Assembly (NCBI GenBank): GCA_038200165.1
Contig: JBBPYF010000046.1
Location: 11,871 to 75,870 of the forward strand
DNA length: 64,000 bases
Source: Chthoniobacterales bacterium
GTDB lineage: Bacteria > Verrucomicrobiota > Verrucomicrobiia > Chthoniobacterales > UBA10450
Reading direction: 5' to 3'
Shown: piece by piece, positions 27,093-36,918 of the stretch
Layout of the letters: each line of letters opens with the position of its first letter
Numbering within the stretch: position 1 is the stretch's first letter
The notes under the pieces: model-generated
What the model saw: only the letters and a program-made list of their open reading frames with translations
Databases searched by the model: none
What the model was told of the DNA's origin: nothing
Program-made: the position numbers and the translations under genes

Positions 27093-30000
27093 ATGAGTTT
27101 GTTGCAGGCTGAAGTCGAGCGTCGCGGCACGCGCATGTTTGCGCTGGTCGATCGCCACCCGGAATCGCTTTTTAGCAAAGCCGGATTCTACCAGCGCATG
27201 ATGGAACTCTCCATGCGCGACGAGCATTTCAAAGTACAAATGTTTCGCTTCGTCGATGTGCTCGCCTCGATCCATCGGCCGAAAGATATCGTCCAGCATT
27301 TCGATGAATACCTCAGCACGGTGCGGGATGGTTTCGGGCCCGTCCTGAAACCGACAATCCGCCTTTCGCATATCTTCCCGTGGATCGCCGGCCCCTTTAT
27401 GCGCTGGAACGTCTCCGGCATGGCCCGGCAATTCATCGCCGGCCGTGATCCCGAGGACGTGATGAAAACGCTGCGCAAAAAGCGGCGGCAGAAGATCGGC
27501 TTCACCGTCGATCTGCTCGGCGAAGCGGTGGTGAGCGAAGAAGAAGCGAGCGAGTACGCCACCCGGTGCCAGCAGTTACTCGAGCATCTCGCGCGCGAGA
27601 CTCGCGGTTGGACTGATCCGCTGGGGCAAAACGCGGAGCTGTTCCCGGTGGTGAACGTCTCGGTGAAAATCTCCGCGCTTTATTCACAGATGAATCCGGC
27701 CGATCCGGCCGATGCCATCGCTCATCTCACGCCGAAGCTGCGCCCGATCCTGCGTCGCGCCAAAGAACTCGGCGCGTTCATTAATTTCGATATGGAGAGC
27801 TACGCGCACAAAAACGCCACGCTCGATCTTTTTAAGACACTCTTCACCGAGCCGGAGTTCATGAGCTGGCCGCACGCCGGCATCGTCATCCAGGCCTATT
27901 TGCGCGATGCGGAGAAGGATTTGCGCGATCTCATCGCCTGGGGCCGCACGCGCGGAACGCGTTTCACCGTGCGCCTGGTCAAAGGCGCCTACTGGGATTA
28001 CGAGCGCATCAAAGCGCAGCAGAACGGCTGGACCATTCCGGTCTGGCAGCAGAAGCCGGAGAGCGACGCGAATTACGAAAAGCTCACGCGTATTCTGCTG
28101 GAGAACGAATCAATCGTCACTTCCGCGTTCGGCTCGCATAATGTGCGCTCCATCGCGCACGCCCAGGCGCTGGCGGACGAGCTCGGCATCGACAAAAGCC
28201 GTTTCGAATTTCAGCTGCTCTACGGAATGGCGGGGCCGATCAAACGCGCGCTGGTCGAGCTCGGCTATCGCGTGCGTGAATATTCACCGGTGGGCGAGTT
28301 GCTGCCTGGCATGTCGTATCTCGTTAGGCGGCTGCTCGAGAACACGTCGAATGAAGGATTTTTGCGGGCCAGGTTTTCCGACAATGTCTCTGCCGCGGAG
28401 TTGCTGCAGGACCCGCGTGAATTGGTAAATGGGGCGACGCCAACAACCCCGGTCATCCCGCCCGAATTCGAGGGTTCCCCTGGAAGTCACCTTCACGCTT
28501 TCGCCACGCGATCCCTCGACTTCGCTCGGGATGACGGGTTGAGCGGCCGCAATGGCGCCACCCGCGAGACTCCGTCAGGCGACACCTACGCGAACGCGGC
28601 CCTGGTGAATTTTGTTCATCGTGAGTCGCAGGAAAAATTGCGCGAAGCGTTGCGTGATGTGCGCGGCCGCCTCGGACAAAAATACCCGCTCACCATCGAT
28701 GGCGAGAAGGTTTGGACGCAGAAGTTTCTGCCGTCGGTCAATCCGAGTCGACCGAATGAGATTGTCGGCTCGATCGCGGAAGCGGGACTTCCGGAAGCAG
28801 AGCGCGCGGTGAAAGCGGCTCGGCGCGCATTCGGCGCGTGGAGCCGCACGTCGTATGAAGAACGTTGTCAGCTGCTCGAACGCGCGGCCGCCATTCTCGA
28901 TCGGCGACGTTTCGAGCTTTCCGCGTGGGAAGTTTTCGAAGTCGGCAAAGCCTGGGCCGAAGCCGATGGCGACATTCGCGAGGCCACGGACTTCTGCCTC
29001 TTTTACGCGCGGCAAATGCGGCTGCTCGGCCGCCCGCGCCTGACCCAACACGTGCTCGGTGAAGAGAGTTACCAGCATTACTGGCCGCGTGGCGTCGCGC
29101 TCGTCATCGCGCCGTGGAATTTCCCGATCGCGATATTGTGCGGCATGGTGACGGCCGCGCTCGTCACCGGCAACACTGTCATCATGAAAGCGGCCGAGCC
29201 GTCAGCCGTGCTTGGCGCGCTCTTAATGGAGATCTTCGAGGAGGCGGGCGTTCCGCCGGGCGTGCTCAACTTCCTGCCCGGGCGCGGCAGCGTCATCGGC
29301 GCGCACCTCGTCGATCATCCCGATGTGGAGATGATCGCATTCACCGGCTCGCGCGAAGTCGGTTTGAGCATTTGGGAATCGGCCGGCAAAACGCGACCGG
29401 GTCAGCGTGAGCTCAAACGCGTCGTCTGCGAGATGGGCGGCAAAAACGCCGTCATCGTCGATTCCGACGCCGACCTTGATGAGACAATCGTTGACACCAT
29501 TTACTCCGCCTTTGGTTATCAGGGGCAAAAATGCTCGGCCTGTTCGCGCTTGATCGTGCTCGAGGGAAACTACGACCGTGTGATGCGGCGATTGCTCTCG
29601 GCGGCGGCGAGTCTGCGCGTGGGAAATCCGGAGGAGCCGGGCATTACCGTCGGTCCGGTCATTGACGAGCGATCATACCAGCGAATCCTGCAGGTGATCG
29701 AAACCGGTAAAACGGAAGCGACGCTCGCGTTCCAGGCGAAGACCGTGCCGGAGAAAGGCTACTTCATTCCGCTAACCATCTTCACTGACGTGAAGCCGGA
29801 AATGACCTTAAGCCAGTGCGAGATTTTCGGCCCGGTGCTGAGTGTCCTTAAGGCGCGCGACCTCGACGACGCGATCAGGATTGCCAATGATACCGACTAT
29901 GCGCTCACCGCCGGCTTTTTCTCGCGCAGTCCGGCCAACATCGAGCGGATCAAAGCCGAGCTGGTCGCGGGCAACGTTTACGTCAATCGCTCCTGCACCG

Positions 30001-30224
30001 GCGCGGTCGTCGGCCGCCATCCCTTTGGCGGATTCAAAATGAGTGGCGGCGGCACCAAAGCAGGCAGCGCAGATTATTTGCTGAACTTCTTCGTCCCGCG
30101 CGTTGTTACGGAAAACATCATGCGGCACGGCTTCGCGCCGGAAAGCACGCCGGAATATCGGCGGGAGTTTTTAGTTCGGAAGAATCGCGACGGAAAAGGC
30201 CGCGCAAAGCGTCGACGGTCATAG
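27093..30224 (+). CDS. putA: Bifunctional proline dehydrogenase / L-glutamate gamma-semialdehyde dehydrogenase
   Basis: PRODH barrel (..VRLVKGAYWDYE.., RRLLENTSNEGFLR) and aldehyde dehydrogenase half (FTGSREVG, ELGGKN-like CEMGGKNA, catalytic GQKCSACSR). Confidence 0.95.
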   Translation: MSLLQAEVERRGTRMFALVDRHPESLFSKAGFYQRMMELSMRDEHFKVQMFRFVDVLASIHRPKDIVQHFDEYLSTVRDGFGPVLKPTIRLSHIFPWIAGPFMRWNVSGMARQFIAGRDPEDVMKTLRKKRRQKIGFTVDLLGEAVVSEEEASEYATRCQQLLEHLARETRGWTDPLGQNAELFPVVNVSVKISALYSQMNPADPADAIAHLTPKLRPILRRAKELGAFINFDMESYAHKNATLDLFKTLFTEPEFMSWPHAGIVIQAYLRDAEKDLRDLIAWGRTRGTRFTVRLVKGAYWDYERIKAQQNGWTIPVWQQKPESDANYEKLTRILLENESIVTSAFGSHNVRSIAHAQALADELGIDKSRFEFQLLYGMAGPIKRALVELGYRVREYSPVGELLPGMSYLVRRLLENTSNEGFLRARFSDNVSAAELLQDPRELVNGATPTTPVIPPEFEGSPGSHLHAFATRSLDFARDDGLSGRNGATRETPSGDTYANAALVNFVHRESQEKLREALRDVRGRLGQKYPLTIDGEKVWTQKFLPSVNPSRPNEIVGSIAEAGLPEAERAVKAARRAFGAWSRTSYEERCQLLERAAAILDRRRFELSAWEVFEVGKAWAEADGDIREATDFCLFYARQMRLLGRPRLTQHVLGEESYQHYWPRGVALVIAPWNFPIAILCGMVTAALVTGNTVIMKAAEPSAVLGALLMEIFEEAGVPPGVLNFLPGRGSVIGAHLVDHPDVEMIAFTGSREVGLSIWESAGKTRPGQRELKRVVCEMGGKNAVIVDSDADLDETIVDTIYSAFGYQGQKCSACSRLIVLEGNYDRVMRRLLSAAASLRVGNPEEPGITVGPVIDERSYQRILQVIETGKTEATLAFQAKTVPEKGYFIPLTIFTDVKPEMTLSQCEIFGPVLSVLKARDLDDAIRIANDTDYALTAGFFSRSPANIERIKAELVAGNVYVNRSCTGAVVGRHPFGGFKMSGGGTKAGSADYLLNFFVPRVVTENIMRHGFAPESTPEYRREFLVRKNRDGKGRAKRRRS
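28452..28535. repeat. Family-A palindromic element inserted in-frame in putA (84 bp, 28 codons)
   Basis: gtcatcccgcccgaattcgagggttcccc ... cgatccctcgacttcgctcgggatgac. It starts on a codon boundary ((28452-27093)/3 = 453) and encodes VIPPEFEGSPGSHLHAFATRSLDFARDD. Confidence 0.85.
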
Positions 30225-30243
30225 ACCGCCGCTACAGGAGCGG

Positions 30244-30534
30244 TTAATGATCGAGTGGATGACCGCGCAGCAGCAGTTTGACCACGCTCACCACCATGTA
30301 GCCAACCGGCCAGGCCGCGGCCAGCACCATGACCGCAAACACTGCCATCTCTTTGGCGCGCTCGCGCGCTGACTCGAGCAGGAACTCGCGCGTGAAATTG
30401 TGAAACCGGCGGCGATCGGATTCGCCTTCGTCGCCAAAGGGCGACCAGAAGCCACGCCAGCGCGTCAGGTCGGACTGGAAAGAGAAATCCGTCCGTGGAA
30501 ATCGCGCGCCTTCGCTCGGACCAGCCGGCTTCAT
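30244..30534 (-). CDS. Small tail-anchored protein, paralog 2 (96 aa)
   Basis: ATG 30534 chosen so that its length matches the upstream paralog. Shared pattern RRF-x5-EF-x9-KE-x3-F-x6-AAWP-x3-M and a C-terminal TM helix. The tracked 150-aa version would overlap paralog 1. Confidence 0.5.
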   Translation of the reverse strand: MKPAGPSEGARFPRTDFSFQSDLTRWRGFWSPFGDEGESDRRRFHNFTREFLLESARERAKEMAVFAVMVLAAAWPVGYMVVSVVKLLLRGHPLDH

Positions 30535-30647
30535 CGATTTGCTTGTTAGCCGGAAAGATGCCACAATGCGCGGCATTGCAAAGCCCGATGCGCCGCGACA
30601 CTCACACAGAGGTGAATGTCGCGGACGCTCAGAACGCTGTGACGTAG

Positions 30648-30941
30648 TTACTTCAACAACGCGCCAAGTGCGCGCAGCATCGAGACGATCGGCCAAGCCG
30701 AAACCGCAACGATGATGCCGAAGAGCGTAAGCTCCTTCAGGTAATCGCGCGGAGTTTCCTTACCGAAGAACTCGCCGCTGAGCCGGCGAAACCGGCGCAG
30801 CTCCGCCCGATTCGAGACCGGAAATGAGCTGCCGCGGATGTCGGCATGAAAGTTGGAAGTGAACTGCGGAAATTGCCGTGGCGCGCCGTCGATAAATTCA
30901 TCGCGGCCGCTCGTGCCTGTCGATTTGTAGGTAGTTTTCAT
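30648..30941 (-). CDS. Small tail-anchored protein, paralog 1 (97 aa)
   Basis: ..AELRRFRRLSGEFFGKETPRDYLKELTLFGIIVAVSAWPIVSMLRALGALLK. Single C-terminal TM helix. No family recognised. Confidence 0.6.
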   Translation of the reverse strand: MKTTYKSTGTSGRDEFIDGAPRQFPQFTSNFHADIRGSSFPVSNRAELRRFRRLSGEFFGKETPRDYLKELTLFGIIVAVSAWPIVSMLRALGALLK

Positions 30942-31186
30942 ATGTTGTTTTTTTCTGCGTCGACCTTGGTCGGCGATATGCGGCTCCAGACGCCGGAGCC
31001 CGCAGAGTATTTCAATTGCGCAGCGGCCTTAGGAGAACAGGCGCGCGCGAGAAAAATCAAATGCGCTTACTGCGCGCATTACTCGCTTTTTCATTGTTCA
31101 CAACGATTGCACAAAGCAGCTGTTTTGTCCAATGGTTAATGACGTTAAGCTTTGCAAATGGCTGAACATCAGCATTTTCAGCCAGT

Positions 31187-32041
31187 TTACGAATTCATCC
31201 AACGAATGATCTTGTCATGCGCGATGGTGAGGACGCTGACGTGATCAGCGCCTGAGATCGCGAAGAACTCGACGAAGGGAAACCGCTGCGCCAGCTCCCG
31301 GCCCATGCGCACGGGAACGACTTCGTCCGCCGTACCGTGAAAGATTGCGATCCGCGTCCCGGGATTGCGCTGGCGGATTTTCTCGATGCTCGCGCGATTG
31401 TCGTAGTTCTCGATGAGCAAACGCGAGAATGGACTGCTAACAAGGCGCGCGGCTTCTTCGCGCAAAGTGGTGAACGGCGCGATGGCGACGACGCGCTGCA
31501 CATGGTGGTGGACAGCGAAATCAAGCGCGGCCGCTGCACCGAGCGAATGTCCGATTGCGCAAAGCCGCGGCTCGACTTCGTCTCGGGAGAGACCGAGCCG
31601 TTTCGCGAGCGCATCCAAGGCTGCATCCGCCGAGGCCCGCGTGCTGGCGATGCTCGCGTAACCGGCCGACTTACCGTAACCAGGATAATCGATGAGAACG
31701 AAGGCGTCGCCGCCGTTGGGATAGCCGGCCAGAATGGTTGTCCAGTCGAGCGCGAGCGAACCGTTTCCGCAGAAGGCGAACCAGATTCGCTGAGGCAAAG
31801 CAGTGGCGTCCCGCGCTGGAATGTAAAACGCAGTCTGCTCGCCAAATGGCAGCGAGTAACGCAATTCTTCGCCGCTGACCGGGAGCGCGTTCGCGTAGCT
31901 CGCATCGTAAGGGCGCGGATGATAAATGAAGGCGTGTTGTTTGAGGTAAAGAAGCGCGGCGACTGCGATCAACAGCAACGTCACAACGACGATGCCGCGC
32001 ATGGCAGGCGAGGAAAGCGCATGACGCACGCTGTAGCACAT
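31187..32041 (-). CDS. Alpha/beta hydrolase
   Basis: N-terminal TM anchor, GHSLGAAAAL nucleophile elbow and a C-terminal HG..D..V region. Confidence 0.75.
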   Translation of the reverse strand: MCYSVRHALSSPAMRGIVVVTLLLIAVAALLYLKQHAFIYHPRPYDASYANALPVSGEELRYSLPFGEQTAFYIPARDATALPQRIWFAFCGNGSLALDWTTILAGYPNGGDAFVLIDYPGYGKSAGYASIASTRASADAALDALAKRLGLSRDEVEPRLCAIGHSLGAAAALDFAVHHHVQRVVAIAPFTTLREEAARLVSSPFSRLLIENYDNRASIEKIRQRNPGTRIAIFHGTADEVVPVRMGRELAQRFPFVEFFAISGADHVSVLTIAHDKIIRWMNS

Positions 32042-32099
32042 CGCGCGCGCTTGTGAACGATTGAGCGCGGCATACGGCTCGCGCTACACTGCAACTAAG

Positions 32100-32768
32100 A
32101 TGCTCTACGTTGTCGCCACGCCGATTGGGAATCTCGGCGACATTACGCTGCGCGCGCTCGAGGTCTTGCGATCAGTCGACGCCATCGCGGCCGAAGACAC
32201 ACGGCATTCCGGCATGTTGCTCCGGCATTTTCAAATCCACAAACCGCTCATCAGTTTTCACGAGCACAATGAAGCCATGCGCACGGCGCAGCTGGCGGAG
32301 CGACTCGCTGCCGGTGAAAACATCGCGCTTGTCACGGACGCCGGAACGCCCGCGCTTTCTGATCCGGGCGCGCGACTGATCCGCGAATGCATTGCGCGCG
32401 ATCTGCCGTTCACGATTCTGCCGGGCGCCTCGTCCATCCTGGCAGCGCTGGTCGGCTCCGGATTCGACGTTGGGACGTTTTGTTTCCGCGGCTTTCTTCC
32501 AGTGAAAAGCGGCAGGCGCGAGCGCGAGTTGCGGGCGGCGGCGGACCGGAACGAGACGACGATTTTCTTCGAATCGCCGCATCGATTACTCAAAAGCCTC
32601 ACTGCCTGCATCGCGGTCATGCCCGAGCGGCAACTCTGCGTCGCGCGCGAGCTGACGAAGAAATTCGAGGAATTCCGCCGCGGCACTGCGGCCGGACTGC
32701 TGGCGCATTTCACGGCGCATTCGCCGAGAGGCGAGATCGTGCTGGTGGTCTCAGGCGGCGCGAAGTGA
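32100..32768 (+). CDS. rsmI: 16S rRNA (cytidine1402-2'-O)-methyltransferase
   Basis: MLYVVATPIGNLGDITLRALEVLRSVDAIAAEDTRHS and TDAGTPALSDPG. ATG 32100 preferred over the tracked 32061. Confidence 0.9.
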   Translation: MLYVVATPIGNLGDITLRALEVLRSVDAIAAEDTRHSGMLLRHFQIHKPLISFHEHNEAMRTAQLAERLAAGENIALVTDAGTPALSDPGARLIRECIARDLPFTILPGASSILAALVGSGFDVGTFCFRGFLPVKSGRRERELRAAADRNETTIFFESPHRLLKSLTACIAVMPERQLCVARELTKKFEEFRRGTAAGLLAHFTAHSPRGEIVLVVSGGAK

Positions 32769-32788
32769 ATCGTGCACTTTGAGCCAAA

Positions 32789-32844
32789 CGAAGAATCTCT
32801 CGCATTCTCCCCCTTGTCATTCTGAGCAGAGCGAAGAATCTCTC
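32789..32844. repeat. Degenerate half-copy of a family-A variant (GTCATTCTGAGCAGAGCGAAGAATCTCTC)
   Basis: gtcattctgagcagagcgaagaatctctc at 32816-32844, preceded by a direct repeat of cgaagaatctctc at 32789-32801. No clear right arm. Confidence 0.35.
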
Positions 32845-32849
32845 ACTGA

Positions 32850-34796
32850 ATGAATCGGAGATGCTTCGCCCTGCTGACCGTGACAGTGCTTCTGATGCCG
32901 CTGATCGGTGAAGCACAGCAACTCGCACCCCCTCTTTCACCTCCTATTCAAAGTGCATCACCTGAAGCTCCTCCTGTCCCGCTCGATGAAAACATCGTGC
33001 CAACCTTCGAGACGCAAAAGCTCGCGCGCACTTACACGCTCGATATCCCGGCGCCGCGAGGACAGATCACAGATCGCAACGGCACCCCGCTGGCCCAGAA
33101 TCGTCTGAGCTACAATCTCGCCATCACCTTCCCCACGCCGCTTGAATTTAACGACACACAGGCGCTCGATTTCGCGCACCAGCGGATCGCCGCCGCCTCG
33201 AAGCTGATCGAGCGCCCGATCCACATTGCTGATGAAGCGATCCTGCGGCATTATCACAATCGGGGGATTTTGCCGCTGGAGATCGCGAACAATCTTTCCG
33301 GCGAAGAATACGATGGGGTGAAGAACCGGCTGCCGCCGGAGATGACGCTGCGGGGAGTTTACCTGCGTGTTTATCCGCACGGGAAAGTTGCCGGGCAGAT
33401 CGTCGGCTACAGCGGGCGCACCGGGCGCAACCCGGATGGCATCATCGACAATCACGAGACGCTTTGGCCGGAAACGGAAGGGCGCGAGGGAATCGAGCAG
33501 ACGTTTAACGCGATGCTCGCGGGCAAACATGGCGAATTCAAAATGACGTTCGACAAAGATGGGCGGAAGACGTCGGAGAAAATCGCGGCACCGCCGGTGC
33601 CGGGCCACACTGTCGTGACGACGCTCGATTTGCGCCTGCAGGAGCTGGCGGAGAAAGCGCTCGAGAAAAAAGCGAAGCGCGGCGCCATCGTTATCGTCGA
33701 TCCCAACAGCGGCGATGTCCTCGCGCTTGCCTCATGGCCCGATTACGACCCGAATCTTTTCGTGCCCTCGATTTCGGCCGATAAATTCAAAGCGCTGCAG
33801 AATGATCCTGACATCCCGCTACTGCCGCGCGCCTTCCGCTCGGCCTACCCACCGGGCTCAACCTTCAAAGTCGCCGTCGGCGTTGCCGCGCTCGAGAGCG
33901 GTGCGGTCACGGCCAACGATGAATACCAATGCGTGCCGTCACTGGACATCGGCAATCTGACTTTTCACAACTGGAAAAAATCCGACCGCGGCTTTTTGAA
34001 TTTCGTTCAGGCGCTGACGGAATCGTGCGACACCTGGTTCTACCAGGTCGGGATCAAAGTCGGCGCGCAGCCGATCATTGACTGGGCGCAAAAGCTCGGC
34101 TTCGGCGCGAAGTGCGGCATTCCCATTCGCGGCGAAGTGGAAGGGCGCGTGCCTACCGATCAATACATGCGCGCGACGCATGGGCGGAAATTGCTCAATG
34201 GCGACATCGCGAATCTCTCTATCGGCCAGGGCGACACGCTGGTAACGCCGTTGCAGATGGCGCAGGCGATGGGCACCGTGGCGAACGGCGGCACGTTTTA
34301 TCAGACGCGGCTCGTGCAGCAGGTGCAAACGGTCGATGGCGGGATCGTCACTGCCTACAACGTGCGCGAAAAACGAAACCTGAACCTTTCTGAGTCGACG
34401 ATTGCGCAATTGCGGACCGGGATGATCAATGCGGTGAATGGCGCCGCGGGAACGGCGCACGCGGCCAGCCTCGATAACGTGGAAGTCGCGGGCAAGACCG
34501 GCACGGCGCAGTGGGGGCCGAAGAACAAAGAACGCACGGCCGCATGGTTCGCTGGATATTTGCCGGCGGACAATCCGAAGTACGCCTTCGCCGCGCTTTA
34601 CGAGGGCGACGTCGGAGTGAAGTCACACGGCGGCACGGTCGCCGCGCCGCTCATCGCGCAGATTTTCAAAGACGTTTACAAAGGTGAGATGGTGGCAAAT
34701 GGCCGGCGCAAACGGCGCCCCTCGCCGGATGAACAGCAAGCCGAGCCGGAGATTCGCCGCGCGCTGCCGGTCACGGAGGAGGACTCCGGCGATTAG
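32850..34796 (+). CDS. mrdA: Penicillin-binding protein 2 (peptidoglycan D,D-transpeptidase)
   Basis: STFK (SxxK), SCD (SxN-like position) and KTGTAQ motifs. N-terminal anchor. Confidence 0.9.
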   Translation: MNRRCFALLTVTVLLMPLIGEAQQLAPPLSPPIQSASPEAPPVPLDENIVPTFETQKLARTYTLDIPAPRGQITDRNGTPLAQNRLSYNLAITFPTPLEFNDTQALDFAHQRIAAASKLIERPIHIADEAILRHYHNRGILPLEIANNLSGEEYDGVKNRLPPEMTLRGVYLRVYPHGKVAGQIVGYSGRTGRNPDGIIDNHETLWPETEGREGIEQTFNAMLAGKHGEFKMTFDKDGRKTSEKIAAPPVPGHTVVTTLDLRLQELAEKALEKKAKRGAIVIVDPNSGDVLALASWPDYDPNLFVPSISADKFKALQNDPDIPLLPRAFRSAYPPGSTFKVAVGVAALESGAVTANDEYQCVPSLDIGNLTFHNWKKSDRGFLNFVQALTESCDTWFYQVGIKVGAQPIIDWAQKLGFGAKCGIPIRGEVEGRVPTDQYMRATHGRKLLNGDIANLSIGQGDTLVTPLQMAQAMGTVANGGTFYQTRLVQQVQTVDGGIVTAYNVREKRNLNLSESTIAQLRTGMINAVNGAAGTAHAASLDNVEVAGKTGTAQWGPKNKERTAAWFAGYLPADNPKYAFAALYEGDVGVKSHGGTVAAPLIAQIFKDVYKGEMVANGRRKRRPSPDEQQAEPEIRRALPVTEEDSGD

Positions 34797-34801
34797 GCTC
34801 C

Positions 34802-34897
34802 GTCATTCCGAGCGAAGTCGAGGAATCCCGTAGCGTTAAGCTTAAAGGTGACTTCCGCGGGATCCCTCGACTGCGCTTTCGCTGCGCTCGGGATGAC
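34802..34897. repeat. Family-A palindromic element filling a convergent intergenic gap
   Basis: gtcattccgagcgaagtcgaggaatcccg ... gggatccctcgactgcgctttcgctgcgctcgggatgac. It starts 5 nt after the PBP2 stop and ends 4 nt before the AKR stop. Confidence 0.9.
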
Positions 34898-34901
34898 AAA
34901 G

Positions 34902-35939
34902 CTACGCTGCCGTTTCCGCCGGCAATTCCATCGTGCCTTTGAACTTCGGCGCGTCTTCTTCAATGCCAAAATTTTCGGCGTAAAGCTCCGCGACGCGTTC
35001 CGTCTCATCACTTGTGAGCGGCGGCGTTTCCGGAGTGTTGGCGAATTCGACCAGCTGTTCTTCGTTATAAATGTTCGGCAACGTTGACGCGACGAGATCA
35101 TCGCCGAGCAGCCATTGCAGCGCGGCCTGGCCGAGCGTGCGATCGGCATTCTCCAGGAACCGGAGCTGATCGACCTTCTTCACACCGTTGAGTAACCAGC
35201 TGCGCGGACGATGCGCGCGATGATCGCCCGGCGGGAACACAGTCTCGGCGGTATATTTTCCCTCAAGCATCCCGCTCGAGTGCGGCACCCGGATGAGGAA
35301 CATCATGTCCTTGCCGCCGTCGCGCGCCGCTTCGTGCAGGGCGCGGCCGGGATGTTGCTCCAGCATATTGTAAATGTGCTGCACGCTGGTGAAATCGCGC
35401 TCGCGGATGGCGTGGATTCCTTCGTACATCCAGCCGATGGCCGGCCCGAGCGCGATGCCGTAGTAGCGGATTTTCCCGCCGCGCTGTAATTGCGCGAGGG
35501 TCTTCCAAACTGCGTCGTCCTCCACCTGCTCCATGCGGATGTTGTGCAATTGCAGCAGGTCGATTCGGTCGGTCTTCAACCGCTTCAGCGCTGCGTCCGT
35601 CGCGCGCGTGATCGCCTCGGGCGAAAAATCCTGCGGGATCTCGCGCTGGCCGCGCCCGCGCGCTTCTCCATGCGTAACAAAATCGTAGCCAACCTTCGTG
35701 GCGACGACGATTTCATCGCGCTGTTTCGGGAACGCTTTCGCGATGTATTCCTCGCTTAAGCCGTTGCCGTAGGTATCGGCGGCATCGAACAGCGTGACGC
35801 CGAGATCGAACGCCTTGTGCATGAGCGCGAGCGCTTCGCCTTCCGTATATTTGCCCCACCAGCCGGTCGAGATTGTCCACATCCCGAACCCGACTTCGCT
35901 CACCCTGAGATCGGTGTTTTTGAAAGTGCGGAAGCGCAT
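34902..35939 (-). CDS. Aldo/keto reductase
   Basis: LFDAADTYGNG, VATKVG and LLQLHN, typical AKR motifs. Confidence 0.9.
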   Translation of the reverse strand: MRFRTFKNTDLRVSEVGFGMWTISTGWWGKYTEGEALALMHKAFDLGVTLFDAADTYGNGLSEEYIAKAFPKQRDEIVVATKVGYDFVTHGEARGRGQREIPQDFSPEAITRATDAALKRLKTDRIDLLQLHNIRMEQVEDDAVWKTLAQLQRGGKIRYYGIALGPAIGWMYEGIHAIRERDFTSVQHIYNMLEQHPGRALHEAARDGGKDMMFLIRVPHSSGMLEGKYTAETVFPPGDHRAHRPRSWLLNGVKKVDQLRFLENADRTLGQAALQWLLGDDLVASTLPNIYNEEQLVEFANTPETPPLTSDETERVAELYAENFGIEEDAPKFKGTMELPAETAA

Positions 35940-35979
35940 CGCGCAAAGTTAAGCGTTCACCAACACCACGTCCATCCTG

Positions 35980-36909
35980 TCATTTCGAGCGAAGCCGCTT
36001 GCCACGCCGTAGTGCAACGAAGGCGGGAGAAATCTCTGATCCTCGCTTCACACTGCGCGCGTGATGAAACAAATATTGCTGCGCGTATCCGCCGTGCTCA
36101 CCGAAGTAATCGGCGGCAAATTGCGCAAGCATTCGCGGCGTCACATTTCGTTTGCGTTTGAAATAACTCTGTCGCAGCACGCGTTCGATCCACACATCGA
36201 CGGGAAATGCACCGATGCGTTCGTAGGCAAAGAGCATCACGCAATTTGCCACCTTCACACCCACGCCGGGCAACTGGCATAGTTGTGCGCGTAATTCTTC
36301 ATCGCAAAGCGCGCTCCACGCCTCCAGATCTGCTGCGCCCGAAGCAACGCGCTTCGCCGTCGCCAGCACATTCTTTGCCCGGTACCCGAGCGCACATTCC
36401 CGCAACTCTCTTTCCGTCGCACCTGCCAGCCGTTCCGCGCCTGGGAAATCATATGTAGTTATACGACATATCATAAGCCTTCGCCCATAGCGTTTGCGCA
36501 GCGCGTGCGAGATCTGGCGGATGTGCGCCACCTGCTTCATCGACGAACAGATGAAGGTCGCGAGACATTCCCATTTCGGTTGACGCATGATGCGCAAGCC
36601 GCGGCAGAAATCGCGCGCCGCATTCATCGTCGGATCATCCGGAAAGGAACCGCATATCTTCTGGAGCGGATGATCCAGCGCAAAGTACCGCGCCACAACT
36701 TTGGGGAGCACACGCGGCCCGCGTGTTGGCGACGGCGGCCCGCCGTCGCGGACTTTCATAACGTTCCCGCGCTGCTCCACAAACACGGCCAAATTCCCAA
36801 TCGTCCCAGTAAATCCGCTCCCGCATTTCTCCCAATGAAACACCTGCCCGGAGTTCAGCGTCTTCTCCAGATCAAAATCCGGCGCCGCAATTTGGATGGG
36901 TTTTGACAC
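35980..36909 (-). CDS. ogg: 8-oxoguanine DNA glycosylase / HhH-GPD family N-glycosylase-DNA lyase
   Basis: OGG_N-like FDLEKTLNSGQVFHWEK and HhH-GPD LCQLPGVGVKVANCVMLFAY..FPVDVWI. The tail SVKRGSEISPAFVALRRGKRLRSK and the stop codon lie in a degenerate family-A copy (about 35979-36066). Confidence 0.8.
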   Translation of the reverse strand: MSKPIQIAAPDFDLEKTLNSGQVFHWEKCGSGFTGTIGNLAVFVEQRGNVMKVRDGGPPSPTRGPRVLPKVVARYFALDHPLQKICGSFPDDPTMNAARDFCRGLRIMRQPKWECLATFICSSMKQVAHIRQISHALRKRYGRRLMICRITTYDFPGAERLAGATERELRECALGYRAKNVLATAKRVASGAADLEAWSALCDEELRAQLCQLPGVGVKVANCVMLFAYERIGAFPVDVWIERVLRQSYFKRKRNVTPRMLAQFAADYFGEHGGYAQQYLFHHARSVKRGSEISPAFVALRRGKRLRSK

Positions 36910-36918
36910 AGAACTTTA

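Noticed and set aside
30942-31139. A 65-aa plus-strand ORF with C-x..CxxC..C spacing (MLFFSAS..KCAYCAHYSLFHC..) in the AT-rich region upstream of the small paralog genes.
   Set aside because: It has no ribosome-binding signal, its composition is low-complexity, and it occupies the probable promoter and operator region of the divergent gene. I cannot support it as coding.
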